64,000 nt of DNA, taken from the NCBI GenBank assembly GCA_964016885.1, contig OZ024740.1, positions 442,804,001-442,868,000 on the forward strand, written 5' to 3'. Shown in pieces: positions 15,001 through 30,000 of this stretch. The stretch is from Eledone cirrhosa (Eukaryota). Under the pieces are notes generated by a model that was not told the origin of the DNA, ran no database searches, and saw only the letters and a list, made by a program, of their open reading frames with translations. Both the position numbers and the translations under genes were made by a program. Position 1 is the first letter of the stretch; each line of letters opens with the position of its first letter.

Positions 15001-18000
15001 TCCTGACACCCAGGGCAAGTAAACTCCGTTATATACCGAGTGTCTTCCTGACACCCAGGGCAAGTAAAGCCCATTATATACCGAGTGTCTTCCTGACACC
15101 CAGGGCAAGCAAACCCCGTTATATACCGAGTGTCTTCCTGACAGCGAGGGCAAGTAAACCCCGTTATATACCGAGTTTCTTCCTGACACCCAGGGCAAGT
15201 AAACCCCGTTATATACCGAGTGTCTTCCTGACACCCAGGGCAAGTAATCTCCTATATATCAAGTGTCTTTCTGACACCCAGGGCAAGAAAACCCCGTTAT
15301 ATACCGAGTGTCTTCCTGACACCCAGGGCAAGTAAACCCCGTTATATACCGAGTGTCTTCCTGACACCCAGGGCAAGTAAACCCCGTCATATACCGAGTG
15401 TCTTCCTGACACCCAGGGCAAATAAACCCCGTTATATACCGAGTGTCTTCCTGACACCCAGGGCAAGTAAACTCCTTTATGTATCAAGTGTCTTTCTGAC
15501 ACCCAGGGCAAGTAAAGCCCATTATATACCGAGTGTCTTCCTGACACCCAGGGCAAGTAAACCCCGTTATATACCGAGTGTCTTCCTGACACCCAGGGCA
15601 AGTAAACTCCGTTATATACCGAGTGTCTTCCTGACACCCAAGGCAAGTAAACTCCGTTATATACCGAGTGTCTTCCTGACACCCAGGGCAAGTAAACCCC
15701 GTTATATACCGAGTGTCTTCCTGACACCCAGGGCAAGTAAGCCCCGTTATATACTGAGTGTCTTCCTGACACCCAGGGCAAGTAAACCCCGTTATATACC
15801 AAGTGCCTTCCTGACACCCAGGGCAAGTAAACCCCGATATATACCGAGTGTCTTCCTGACACCCAAGGCAAGTAAACTCCGTTATATACCGAATGTCTTC
15901 CTGACACCCAGGGCAAGTAAACCCCGTTATATACCAAGTGTCTTCTTGACACCCAGGGCAAGTAAACCCCGTTATATACCGAGTGTCTTCCTGACACCCA
16001 AGGCAAGTAAACTCCGTTATATACCGAGTGTCTTCCTGGCACCCAGCGCAAGTAAACCCCGTTATATACCGATTGTCTTCCTGACACCCAGGGCAAGTAA
16101 ACCCCGTTATATACCGAGTGTCTTCCTGACACCCAGGGCAAGTAATCTCCTTTATATATCAAGTGTCTTTCTGACACCCAGGGCAAGTAAACCCCGTTAT
16201 ATACCGAGTGTCTTCCTGACACCCAGAGCAAGTAAACCCCGTTATATACCGAGTGTCTTCCTGACACCCAAGGCAAGTAAACTCCGTTATATACCGAGTG
16301 TCTTCCTGACACCCAGGGCTAGTAAACCCCGTTATATACCGAGTGTCTTCCTGAAACCCAGGGCAAGTAAACTCCGTTATATACCGAGTGTCTTCCTGAC
16401 AGCGAGGGCAAGTAAACCCCGTTATATACCGAGTGTCTTCCTGACACCCAAGGCAAGTAAACTCTGTTATATACCGAGTGTCTTCCTCACACCCAGGGCA
16501 AGTAATCTCCTTTATATATCAAGTGTCTTTCTGACACCCAGGGCAAGTAAAGCCCATTATATACCGAGTGTCTTCCTGACACCCAGGGCAAGTAAACCCC
16601 GTTATATACCGAGTGTCTTCCTGACACCCAGGGCAAGTAAACTCCGTTATATACCGAGTGTCTTCCTGACACCCAAGGCAAGTAAACTCCGTTATATACC
16701 GAGTGTCTTCCTGACACCCAGGGCAAGTAAACCCCGTTATATACCGAGTGTCTTCCTGACACCCAGGGCAAGTAAGCCCCGTTATATACTCTAGTGTCTT
16801 CCTGACACCCAGGGCAAGTAAACCCCGTTATATACCAAGTGCCTTCCTGACACCCAGGGCAAGTAAACTCCGTTATATACCGAGTGTCTTCCTGACACCC
16901 AGGGCAAGTAAACTCCGTTATGTACCGAGTGTCTTCCTGACACGCAGAGCAAGTAAAGCCCGTTATATACCGAGTGTCTTCTTGACACCCAGGGCAAGTA
17001 AACCCCGTTATATACCGAGTGTCTTCTTGACACCCAGGGCAAGTAAACCCCGATATATACCGAGTGTCTTCCTGACACCCAGGGCAAGTAAACTCCGTTA
17101 TATACCGAGTGTCTTCCTGACACCCAGGGCAAGTAAACCCCGTTATATACCAAGTGTCTTCTTGACACCCAGGGCAAGTAAACCCCGTTATATACCGAGT
17201 GTCTTCCTGACACCCAAGGCAAGTAAACTCCGTTATATACCGAGTGTCTTCCTGGCACCCAGGGCAAGTAAACCCCGTTATATACCGAGTGTCTTCCTGA
17301 CACCCAGGGCAAGTAAACCCCGTTATATACCGAGTGTCTTCCTGACACCCAGGGCAAGTAATCTCCTTTATATATCAAGTGTCTTTCTGAACCCAGGGCA
17401 AGTAAACCCCGTTATATACCGAGTGTCTTCCTGACACCCAGGGCAAGTAAACCCCGTTATATACCGAGTGTCTTCCTGACACCCAAGGCAAGTAAACTCC
17501 GTTATATACCGAGTTTCTTCCTCACACCCAGGGCAAGTAAACCCCGTTATATACCGAGTGTCTTCCTGACACCCAGGTCAAGTAAACTCCGTTATATACC
17601 GAGTGTCTTCCTGACAGCGAGGGCAAGTAAACCCCGTTATATACCCAGTGTCTTCCTGACACCCAAGGCAAGTAAACTCTGTTATATACCGAGTGTCTTC
17701 CTGACACCCAGGGCAAGTAAACTCCGTTATATACCGAGTGTCTTCCTGACACCCAGGGCAAGTAAAGCCCGTTATATACCGAGTGTCTTCCTGACACCCA
17801 GGGCAAGTAAACCCCGTTATATACCGAGTGTCTTCCTGACAGCGAGGGCAAGTAAACCCCGTTATATACCGAGTGTCTTCCTGACATCCAAGGCAAGTAA
17901 ACTCTGTTATATACCGAGTGTCTTCCTGACACCCAGGGCAAGTAAACTCCGTTATATACCGAGTGTCTTCCTGACACCCAGGGCAAGTAAAGCCCATTAT

Positions 18001-21000
18001 ATACCGAGTGTCTTCCTGACACCCAGGGCAAGCAAACCCCGTTATATACCGAGTGTCTTCCTGACAGCGAGGGCAAGTAAACCCCGTTATATACCGAGTT
18101 TCTTCCTGACACCCAGGGCAAGTAAACCCCGTTATATACCGAGTGTCTTCCTGACACCCAGGGCAAGTAATCTCCTATATATCAAGTGTCTTTCTGACAC
18201 CCAGGGCAAGAAAACCCCGTTATATACCGAGTGTCTTCCTGACAGCGAGGGCAAGTAAACCCCGTTATATACCGAGTGTCTTCCTGACACCCAAGGCAAG
18301 TAAACTCTGTTATATACCGAGTGTCTTCCTCACACCCAGGGCAAGTAATCTCCTTTATATATCAAGTGTCTTTCTGACACCCAGGGCAAGTAAAGCCCAT
18401 TATATACCGAGTGTCTTCCTGACACCCAGGGCAAGTAAACCCCGTTATATACCGAGTGTCTTCCTGACACCCAGGGCAAGTAAACTCCGTTATATACCGA
18501 GTGTCTTCCTGACACCCAAGGCAAGTAAACTCCGTTATATACCGAGTGTCTTCCTGACACCCAGGGCAAGTAAACCCCGTTATATACCGAGTGTCTTCCT
18601 GACACCCAGGGCAAGTAAGCCCCGTTATATACTCTAGTGTCTTCCTGACACCCAGGGCAAGTAAACCCCGTTATATACCAAGTGCCTTCCTGACACCCAG
18701 GGCAAGTAAACTCCGTTATATACCGAGTGTCTTCCTGACACCCAGGGCAAGTAAACTCCGTTATGTACCGAGTGTCTTCCTGACACGCAGAGCAAGTAAA
18801 GCCCGTTATATACCGAGTGTCTTCTTGACACCCAGGGCAAGTAAACCCCGTTATATACCGAGTGTCTTCTTGACACCCAGGGCAAGTAAACCCCGATATA
18901 TACCGAGTGTCTTCCTGACACCCAGGGCAAGTAAACTCCGTTATATACCGAGTGTCTTCCTGACACCCAGGGCAAGTAAACCCCGTTATATACCAAGTGT
19001 CTTCTTGACACCCAGGGCAAGTAAACCCCGTTATATACCGAGTGTCTTCCTGACACCCAAGGCAAGTAAACTCCGTTATATACCGAGTGTCTTCCTGGCA
19101 CCCAGGGCAAGTAAACCCCGTTATATACCGAGTGTCTTCCTGACACCCAGGGCAAGTAAACCCCGTTATATACCGAGTGTCTTCCTGACACCCAGGGCAA
19201 GTAATCTCCTTTATATATCAAGTGTCTTTCTGAACCCAGGGCAAGTAAACCCCGTTATATACCGAGTGTCTTCCTGACACCCAGGGCAAGTAAACCCCGT
19301 TATATACCGAGTGTCTTCCTGACACCCAAGGCAAGTAAACTCCGTTATATACCGAGTTTCTTCCTCACACCCAGGGCAAGTAAACCCCGTTATATACCGA
19401 GTGTCTTCCTGACACCCAGGTCAAGTAAACTCCGTTATATACCGAGTGTCTTCCTGACAGCGAGGGCAAGTAAACCCCGTTATATACCCAGTGTCTTCCT
19501 GACACCCAAGGCAAGTAAACTCTGTTATATACCGAGTGTCTTCCTGACACCCAGGGCAAGTAAACTCCGTTATATACCGAGTGTCTTCCTGACACCCAGG
19601 GCAAGTAAAGCCCGTTATATACCGAGTGTCTTCCTGACACCCAGGGCAAGTAAACCCCGTTATATACCGAGTGTCTTCCTGACAGCGAGGGCAAGTAAAC
19701 CCCGTTATATACCGAGTGTCTTCCTGACATCCAAGGCAAGTAAACTCTGTTATATACCGAGTGTCTTCCTGACACCCAGGGCAAGTAAACTCCGTTATAT
19801 ACCGAGTGTCTTCCTGACACCCAGGGCAAGTAAAGCCCATTATATACCGAGTGTCTTCCTGACACCCAGGGCAAGCAAACCCCGTTATATACCGAGTGTC
19901 TTCCTGACAGCGAGGGCAAGTAAACCCCGTTATATACCGAGTTTCTTCCTGACACCCAGGGCAAGTAAACCCCGTTATATACCGAGTGTCTTCCTGACAC
20001 CCAGGGCAAGTAATCTCCTATATATCAAGTGTCTTTCTGACACCCAGGGCAAGAAAACCCCGTTATATACCGAGTGTCTTCCTGACACCCAGGGCAAGTA
20101 AACCCCGTTATATACCGAGTGTCTTCCTGACACCCAGGGCAAGTAAACCCCGTCATATACCGAGTGTCTTCCTGACACCCAGGGCAAATAAACCCCGTTA
20201 TATACCGAGTGTCTTCCTGACACCCAGGGCAAGTAAACTCCTTTATGTATCAAGTGTCTTTCTGACACCCAGGGCAAGTAAAGCCCATTATATACCGAGT
20301 GTCTTCCTGACACCCAGGGCAAGTAAACCCCGTTATATACCGAGTGTCTTCCTGACACCCAGGGCAAGTAAACTCCGTTATATACCGAGTGTCTTCCTGA
20401 CACCCAAGGCAAGTAAACTCCGTTATATACCGAGTGTCTTCCTGACACCCAGGGCAAGTAAACCCCGTTATATACCGAGTGTCTTCCTGACACCCAGGGC
20501 AAGTAAGCCCCGTTATATACTGAGTGTCTTCCTGACACCCAGGGCAAGTAAACCCCGTTATATACCAAGTGCCTTCCTGACACCCAGGGCAAGTAAACCC
20601 CGATATATACCGAGTGTCTTCCTGACACCCAAGGCAAGTAAACTCCGTTATATACCGAATGTCTTCCTGACACCCAGGGCAAGTAAACCCCGTTATATAC
20701 CAAGTGTCTTCTTGACACCCAGGGCAAGTAAACCCCGTTATATACCGAGTGTCTTCCTGACACCCAAGGCAAGTAAACTCCGTTATATACCGAGTGTCTT
20801 CCTGGCACCCAGCGCAAGTAAACCCCGTTATATACCGATTGTCTTCCTGACACCCAGGGCAAGTAAACCCCGTTATATACCGAGTGTCTTCCTGACACCC
20901 AGGGCAAGTAATCTCCTTTATATATCAAGTGTCTTTCTGACACCCAGGGCAAGTAAACCCCGTTATATACCGAGTGTCTTCCTGACACCCAGAGCAAGTA

Positions 21001-24000
21001 AACCCCGTTATATACCGAGTGTCTTCCTGACACCCAAGGCAAGTAAACTCCGTTATATACCGAGTGTCTTCCTGACACCCAGGGCTAGTAAACCCCGTTA
21101 TATACCGAGTGTCTTCCTGAAACCCAGGGCAAGTAAACTCCGTTATATACCGAGTGTCTTCCTGACAGCGAGGGCAAGTAAACCCCGTTATATACCGAGT
21201 GTCTTCCTGACACCCAAGGCAAGTAAACTCTGTTATATACCGAGTGTCTTCCTGACACCCAGGGCAAGTAAACTCCGTTATATACCGAGTGTCTTCCTGA
21301 CACCAGGGCAAGTAAAGCCCGTTATATACCGATTGTCTTCCTGACACCCAGGGCAAGTAAACCCCGTTATATACCGAGTGTCTTCCTGACAGCGAGGGCA
21401 AGTAAAACCCGTTATATACCGAGTGTCTTCCTGACACCCAGGGCAAGTAAACCCCGTTATATACCGAGTGTCTTCCTGACAGCCAGGGCAAGAAAACCCC
21501 GTTATATACCGAGTGTCTTCCTGACACCCAGGGCAAGTAATCTCCTATATATCAAGTGTCTTTCTGACACCCAGGGCAAGAAAACCCCGTTATATACCGA
21601 GTGTCTTCCTGACACCCAGGGCAAGTAAACCCCGTTATATACCGAGTGTCTTCCTGACACCCAGGGCAAGTAAAGCCCGTTATATACCGAGTGTCTTCCT
21701 GACACCCAGGGCAAGTAAACCCCGTTATATACCGAGTGTCTTCCTGACAGCGAGGGCAAGTAAACCCCTTTATATACCGAGTGTCTTCCTGACATCCAAG
21801 GCAAGTAAACCCCGTTATATACCGAGTGTCTTCCTGACACCCAGGGCAAGTAAACCCCGTCATATACCGAGTGTCTTCCTGACACCCAGGGCAAGTAATC
21901 TCCTTTATATATCAAGTGTCTTTCTGACACCCAGGGCAAGTAAAGCCAATTATATACCGAGTGTCTTCCTGACACCCAGGGCAAGTATATCCCGTTATAT
22001 ACCGAGTGTCTTCCTGACACCCAGGGCAAGTAAACTCCGTTATATACCGAGTGTCTTCCTGACACCCAAGGCAAGTAAACTCCGTTATATACCGAGTGTC
22101 TTCCTGACACCCAGGGCAAGTAAACCCCATTATATACCGAGTGTCTTCCTGACACCCAGGGCAAGTAAGCCCCGTTATATACTGAGTGTCTTCCTGACAC
22201 CCAGGGCAAGTAATCTCCTTTATATATCAAGTGTTTTCTGACACCCAGGGCAAGTAAACCCCGTTATATACCGAGTGTCTTCCTGACACCCAGGGCAAGT
22301 AAACCCCGTTATATACCGAGTGTCTTCCTGACACCCAGGGAAAGTAAAGCCCGTTATATACCGAGTGTCTTCCTGACACCCAAGGCAAGTAAACTCCGTT
22401 ATATACCGAGTGTCTTCCTGACACCCAGGGCAAGTAAACCCCGTTATATACCGAGTGTCTTCCTGACAGCGAGGGCAAGTAAACCCCTTTATATACCGAG
22501 TGTCTTCCTGACATCCAAGGCAAGTAAACTCTGTTATATACCGAGTGTCTTCCTGACACCCAGGGCAAGTAAACTCCGTTATATACCGAGTGTCTTCCTG
22601 ACACCCAGGGCAAGTAAACCCCGTTATATACCGAGTGTCTTCCTGACATCCAGGGCAAGTAAACCCCGTTATATACCGAGTGTCTTCCTGACACCCAGGG
22701 CAAGTAAACTCCTTTATATATCAAGTGTCTTTCTGACACCCAGGGCATGAAAACCCCGTTATATACCGAGTGTCTTCCTGACACCCAGGGCAAGTAAACC
22801 CCGTTATATACCGAGTGTCTTCCTGACACCCAGGGCAAGTAAACCCCGTCATATACCGAGTGTCTTCCTGACACCCAGGGCAAATAAACCCCGTTATATA
22901 CCGAGTGTCTTCCTGACACCCAGGGCAAGTAAACTCCTTTATATACCGAGTGTCTTCCTGACACCCAAGGCAAGTAAACTCCGTTATATACCGAGTGTCT
23001 TCCTGACACCCAGGGCAAGTAAGCCCCGTTATATACTGAGTGTCTTCCTGACACCCAGGGCAAGTAAACCCCGTTATATACCGAGTGTCTTCCTGACACC
23101 CAGGGCAAGTAAACCCCGTTATATACCGAGTGTCTTCCTGACACCCAGGGCAAGTAAGCCCCGTTATATACTGAGTGTCTTCCTGACACCCAGGGCAAGT
23201 AAACCCCGTTATATACCAAGTGCCTTCCTGACACCCAGGGCAAGTAAACTCCGTTATATACCGAGTGTCTTCCTGACACCCAGGGCAAGTAAACTCCGTT
23301 ATGTACCGAGTGTCTTCCTGACACCCAGAGCAAGTAAAGCCCGTTATATACCGAGTGTCTTCTTGACACCCAGGGCAAGTAAACCCCGTTATATACCGAG
23401 TGTCTTCTTGACACCCAGGGCAAGTAAACCCCGATATATACCGAGTGTCTTCCTGACACCCAGGGCAAGTAAACTCCGTTATATACCGAGTGTCTTCCTG
23501 ACACCCAGAGCAAGTAAAGCCCGTTATATACCGAGTGTCTTCTTGACACCCAGGGCAAGTAAACCCCGTTATATACCGAGTGTCTTCTTGACACCCAGGG
23601 CAAGTAAACCCCGTTATATACCAAGTGTCTTCTTGACACCCAGGGCAAGTAAACCCCGTTATATACCGAGTGTCTTCCTGACACCCAAGGCATGTAAACT
23701 CCGTTATATACCGAGTGTCTTCCTGGCACCCAGGGCAAGTAAACCCCGTTATATACCGAGTGTCTTCCTGACCACCAGGGCAAGTAAACCCCGTTTTATA
23801 CCGAGTGTCTTCCTGACACCCAGGGCAAGTAAACCCCGTTATATACCGAGTGTCTTCCTGACACCCAGGGCAAGTAATCTCCTTTATATATCAAGTGTCT
23901 TTCTCACACCCAGGGCAAGTAAACCCCGTTATATACCGAGTGTCTTCCTGAAACCCAGGGCAAGTAAACCCCGTTATATACCGAGTGTCTTCCTGACACC

Positions 24001-27000
24001 CAGGGCTAGTAAACCCCGTTATATACCGAGTGTCTTCCTGAAACCCAGGGCAAGTAAACTCCGTTATATACCGAGTGTCTTCCTGACAGCGAGGGCAAGT
24101 AAACCCCGTTATATACCGAGTATATTCCTGACACCCAAGGCAAGTAAACTCTGTTATATACCGAGTGTCTTCCTGACACCCAGGGCAAGTAAACTCCGTT
24201 ATATACCGAGTGTCTTCCTGACACCAGGGCAAGTAAAGCCCGTTATATACCGAGTGTCTTCCTGACACCCAGGGCAAGTAAACCCCGTTATATACCGATG
24301 TCTTCCTGACAGCGAGGGCAAGTAAACCCCGTTATATACCGAGTGTCTTCCTGACACCCAGGGCAAGTAAACCCCGTTATATACCGAGTGTCTTCCTGAC
24401 ACCCAGGGCAAGAAAACCCCGTTATATACCGAGTGTCTTCCTGACACCCAGGGCAAGTAATCTCCTATATATCAAGTGTCTTTCTGACACCCAGGGCAAG
24501 AAAACCCCGTTATATACCGAGTGTCTTCCTGACACCCAGGGCAAGTAAACCCCGTTATATACCGAGTGTCTTCCTGACACCCAGGGCAAGTAAACCCCGT
24601 CATATACCGAGTGTCTTCCTGACACCCAGGGCAAGTAAGCCCCGTTATATACTGAGTCTCTTCCTGACACCCAGGGCAAGTAGTCTCCTTTATATATCAA
24701 GTGTCTTTCTGACACCCAGGGCAAGTAAACCCCGTTATATACCGAGTGTCTTCCTGACACCCAGGGCAAGTAAACCCCGTTATATACCGAGTGTCTTCCT
24801 GACACCCAGGGCAAGTAAACCCCGTTATATACCGAGTGTCTTCCTGACACCCAAGGCAAGTAAACTCCGTTATATACCGAGTGTCTTCCTGACACCCAGG
24901 GCAAGTAAACCCCGTTATATACCGAGTGACTTCCTGACACCCAGGGCAAGTAAACCCCGTTATATACCGAGTGTCTTCCTGACACCCAAGGCAAGTAAAC
25001 TCCGTTATATACCGAGTGTCTTCCTGACACCCAGGGCAAGTAAACCCCGTTATATACCGAGTGTCTTCCTGACACCCAGGGCAAGTAAACTCCGTTATAT
25101 ACCGAGTGTCTTCCTGACAGCGAGGGCAAGTAAACCCCGTTATATACTGAGTGTCTTCGTGACACCCAAGGCAAGTAAACTCTGTTATATACCGAGTGTC
25201 TTCCTGACACCCAGGGCAATTAAACTCCGTTATATACCGAGTGTCTTCCTGACACCCAGGGCAAGTAAAGCCCGTTATATACCGAGTGTCTTCCTGACAC
25301 CCAGGGCAAGTAAACCCCGTTATATACCGAGTGTCTTCCTGACAGCGAGGGCAAGTAAACCCCGTTATATACCGAGTGTCTTCCTGACATCCAAGGCAAG
25401 TAAACTCTGTTATATACCGAGTGTCTTCCTGACACCCAGGGCAAGTAAACTCCGTTATATACCGAGTGTCTTCCTGACACCCAGGGCAAGTAAACCCCGT
25501 TATATACCGAGTGTCTTCCTGACACCCAGGGCAAGTAAACCCCGTTATATACCGAGTGTCTTCCTGACACCCAGGGCAAGTAAACTCCTTTATATATCAA
25601 GTGTCTTTCTGACACCCAGGGCATGAAAACCCCGTTATATACCGAGTGTCTTCCTGACACCCAGGGCAAGTAAACCCCGTTATATACCGAGTGTCTTCCT
25701 GACACCCAGGGCAAGTAAACCCCGTTATATACCGAGTGTCTTCCTGACATCCAAGGCAAGTAAACTCTGTTATATACCGAGTGTCTTCCTGACACCCAGG
25801 GCAAGTAAACTCCGTTATATACCGAGTGTCTTCCTGACACCCAGGGCAAGTAAACCCCGTTATATACCGAGTGTCTTCCTGACACCCAGGGCAAGTAAAC
25901 CCCGTTATATACCGAGTGTCTTCCTGACACCCAGGGCAAGTAAACTCCTTTATATATCAAGTGTCTTTCTGACACCCAGGGCATGAAAACCCCGTTATAT
26001 ACCGAGTGTCTTCCTGACACCCAGGGCAAGTAAACACCGTTATATACCGAGTGTCTTCCTGACACCCAGGGCAAGTAAACCCCGTCATATACCGAGTGTC
26101 TTCCTGACACCCAGGGCAAATAAACCCCGTTATATACCGAGTGTCTTCCTGACACCCAGGGCAAGTAAACCCCGTCATATACCGAGTGTCTTCCTGACAC
26201 CCAGGGCAAATAAACCCCGTTATATACCGAGTGTCTTTCTGACACCCAGGGCAACTAAAGCCCATTATATACCGAGTGTCTTCCTGACACCCAGGGCAAG
26301 TAAACCCCGTTATATACCGAGTGTCTTCCTGACACCCAGGGCAAGTAAACTCCGTTATATACCGAGTGTCTTCCTGACACCCAAGGCAAGTAAACTCCGT
26401 TATATACCGAGTGTCTTCCTGACACCCAGGGCAAGTAAACCCCGTTATATACCGAGTGTCTTCCTGACACCCAGGGCAAGTAAGCCCCGTTATATACTGA
26501 GTGTCTTCCTGACACCCAGGGCAAGTAAACCCCGTTATATACCAAGTGCCTTCCTGACACCCAGGGCAAGTAAACTCCGTTATATACCGAGTGTCTTCCT
26601 GACACCCAGGGCAAGTAAACTCCGTTATGTACCGAGTGTCTTCCTGACACCCAGAGCAAGTAAAGCCCGTTATATACCGAGTGTCTTCTTGACACCCAGG
26701 GCAAGTAAACCCCGTTATATACCGAGTGTTTTCTTGACACCCAGGGCAAGTAAACCCCGATATATACCGAGTGTCTTCCTGACACCCAGGGCAAGTAAAC
26801 TCCGTTATATACCGAATGTCTTCCTGACACCCAGGGCAAGTAAACCCCGTTATATACCAAGTGTCTTCTTGACACCCAGGGCAAGTAAACCCCGTTATAT
26901 ACCGAGTGTCTTCCTGACACCCAAGGCAAGTAAACTCCGTTATATACCGAGTGTCTTCCTGGCACCCAGGGCAAGTAAACCCCGTTATATACCGAGTGTC

Positions 27001-30000
27001 TTCCTGACACCCAGGGCAAGTAAACCCCGTTATATACCGAGTGTCTTCCTGACACCCAGGGCAAGTAAACCCCGTTATATACCGAGTGTCTTCTTGACAC
27101 CCAGGGCAAGTAATCTCCTTTATATATCAAGTGTCTTTCTGACACCCAGGGCAAGTAAACCCCGTTATATACCGAGTGTCTTCCTGACACCCAGGGCAAG
27201 TAAACCCCGTTATATACCGAGTGTCTTCCTGACACCCAAGGCAAGTAAACTCCGTTATATACCGAGTGTCTTCCTGACACCCAGGGCTAGTAAACCCCGT
27301 TATATACCGAGTGTCTTCCTGAAACCCAGGGCAAGTAAACTCCGTTATATACCGAGTGTCTTCCTGACAGCGAGGGCAAGTAAACCCCGTTATATACCGA
27401 GTGTCTTCCTGACACCCAAGGCAAGTAAACTCTGTTATATACCGAGTGTCTTCCTGACACCCAGGGCAAGTAAACTCCGTTATATACCGAGTGTCTTCCT
27501 GACACCAGGGCAAGTAAAGCCCGTTATATACCGAGTGTCTTCCTGACACCCAGGGCAAGTAAACCCCGTTATATACCGAGTGTCTTCCTGACAGCGAGGG
27601 CAAGTAAACCCCGTTATATACCGAGTGTCTTCCTGACACCCAGGGCAAGTAAACCCCGTTATATACCGAGTGTCTTCCTGACACCCAGGGCAAGAAAACC
27701 CCGTTATATACCGAGTGTCTTCCTGACACCCAGGGCAAGTAATCTCCTATATATCAAGTGTCTTTCTGACACCTAGGGCAAGAAAACCCCGTTATATACC
27801 GAGTGTCTTCCTGACACCCAGGGCAAGTAAACCCCGTTATATACCGAGTGTCTTCCTGACACCCAGGGCAAGTAAACCCCGTCATATACCGAGTGTCTTC
27901 CTGACACCCAGGGCAAGTAAACCCCGTTATATACCGAGTGTCTTCCTGACACCCAGGGCAAGTAATCTCCTTTATATATCAAGTGTCTTTCTGACACCCA
28001 GGGCAAGTAAAGCCCATTATATACCGAGTGTCTTCCTGACACCCAGGGCAAGTAAACCCGGTTATATACCGAGTGTCTTCCTGACACCCAGGGCAAGTAA
28101 ACTCCGTTATATACCGAGTGTCTTCCTGACATCCAAGGCAAGTAAACTCTGTTATATACCGAGTGTCTTCCTGACACCCAGGGCAAGTAAACTCCGTTAT
28201 ATACTGAGTGTCTTCCTGACACCCAGGGCAAGTAAACCCCGTTATATACCGAGTGTCTTCCTGACACCCAGGGCAAGTAAACCCCGTTATATACCGAGTG
28301 TCTTCCTGACACCCAGGGCAAGTAAACTCCTTTATATATCAAGTGTCTTTCTGACACCCAGGGCATGAAAACCCCGTTATATACCGAGTGTCTTCCTGAC
28401 ACCCAGGGCAAGTAAACCCCGTTATATACCGAGTGTCTTCCTGACACCCAGGGCAAGTAAACCCCGTCATATACCGAGTGTCTTCCTGACACCCAGGGCA
28501 AATAAACCCCGTTATATACCGAGTGTCTTCCTGACACCCAGGGCAAGTAAACTCCTTTATATATCAAGTGTCTTTCTGACACCCAGGGCAACTAAAGCCC
28601 ATTATATACCGAGTGTCTTCCTGACACCCAGGGCAAGTAAACCCCGTTATATACCGAGTGTCTTCCTGACACCCAGGGCAAGTAAACTCCGTTATATACC
28701 GAGTGTCTTCCTGACACCCAAGGCAAGTAAACTCCGTTATATACCGAGTGTCTTCCTGACACCCAGGGCAAGTAAACCCCGTTATATACCGAGTGTCTTC
28801 CTGACACCCAGGGCAAGTAAGCCCCGTTATATACTGAGTGTCTTCCTGACACCCAGGGCAAGTAAACCCCGTTATATACCAAGTGCCTTCCTGACACCCA
28901 GGGCAAGTAAACTCCGTTATATACCGAGTGTCTTCCTGACACCCAGGGCAAGTAAACTCCGTTATGTACCGAGTGTCTTCCTGACACCCAGAGCAAGTAA
29001 AGCCCGTTATATACCGAGTGTCTTCTTGACACCCAGGGCAAGTAAACCCCGTTATATACCGAGTGTCTTCTTGACACCCAGGGCAAGTAAACCCCGATAT
29101 ATACCGAGTGTCTTCCTGACACCCAGGGCAAGTAAACTCCGTTATATACCGAATGTCTTCCTGACACCCAGGGCAAGTAAACCCCGTTATATACCAAGTG
29201 TCTTCTTGACACCCAGGGCAAGTAAACCCCGTTATATACCGAGTGTCTTCCTGACACCCAAGGCAAGTAAACTCCGTTATATACCGAGTGTCTTCCTGGC
29301 ACCCAGGGCAAGTAAACCCCGTTATATACCGAGTGTCTTCCTGACACCCAGGGCAAGTAAACCCCGTTATATACCGAGTGTCTTCCTGACACCCAGGGCA
29401 AGTAAACCCCGTTATATACCGAGTGTCTTCCTGACACCCAGGGCAAGTAATCTCCTTTATATATCAAGTGTCTTTCTGACACCCAGGGCAAGTAAACCCC
29501 GTTATATACCGAGTGTCTTCCTGACACCCAGGGCAAGTAAACCCCGTTATATACCGAGTGTCTTCCTGACACCCAAGGCAAGTAAACTCCGTTATATACC
29601 GAGTGTCTTCCTGACACCCAGGGCTAGTAAACCCCGTTATATACCGAGTGTCTTCCTGAAACCCAGGGCAAGTAAACTCCGTTATATACCGAGTGTCTTC
29701 CTGACAGCGAGGGCAAGTAAACCCCGTTATATACCGAGTGTCTTCCTGACACCCAAGGCAAGTAAACTCTGTTATATACCGAGTGTCTTCCTGACACCCA
29801 GGGCAAGTAAACTCCGTTATATACCGAGTGTCTTCCTGACACCAGGGCAAGTAAAGCCCGTTATATACCGAGTGTCTTCCTGACACCCAGGGCAAGTAAA
29901 CCCCGTTATATACCGAGTGTCTTCCTGACAGCGAGGGCAAGTAAACCCCGTTATATACCGAGTGTCTTCCTGACACCCAGGGCAAGTAAACCCCGTTATA

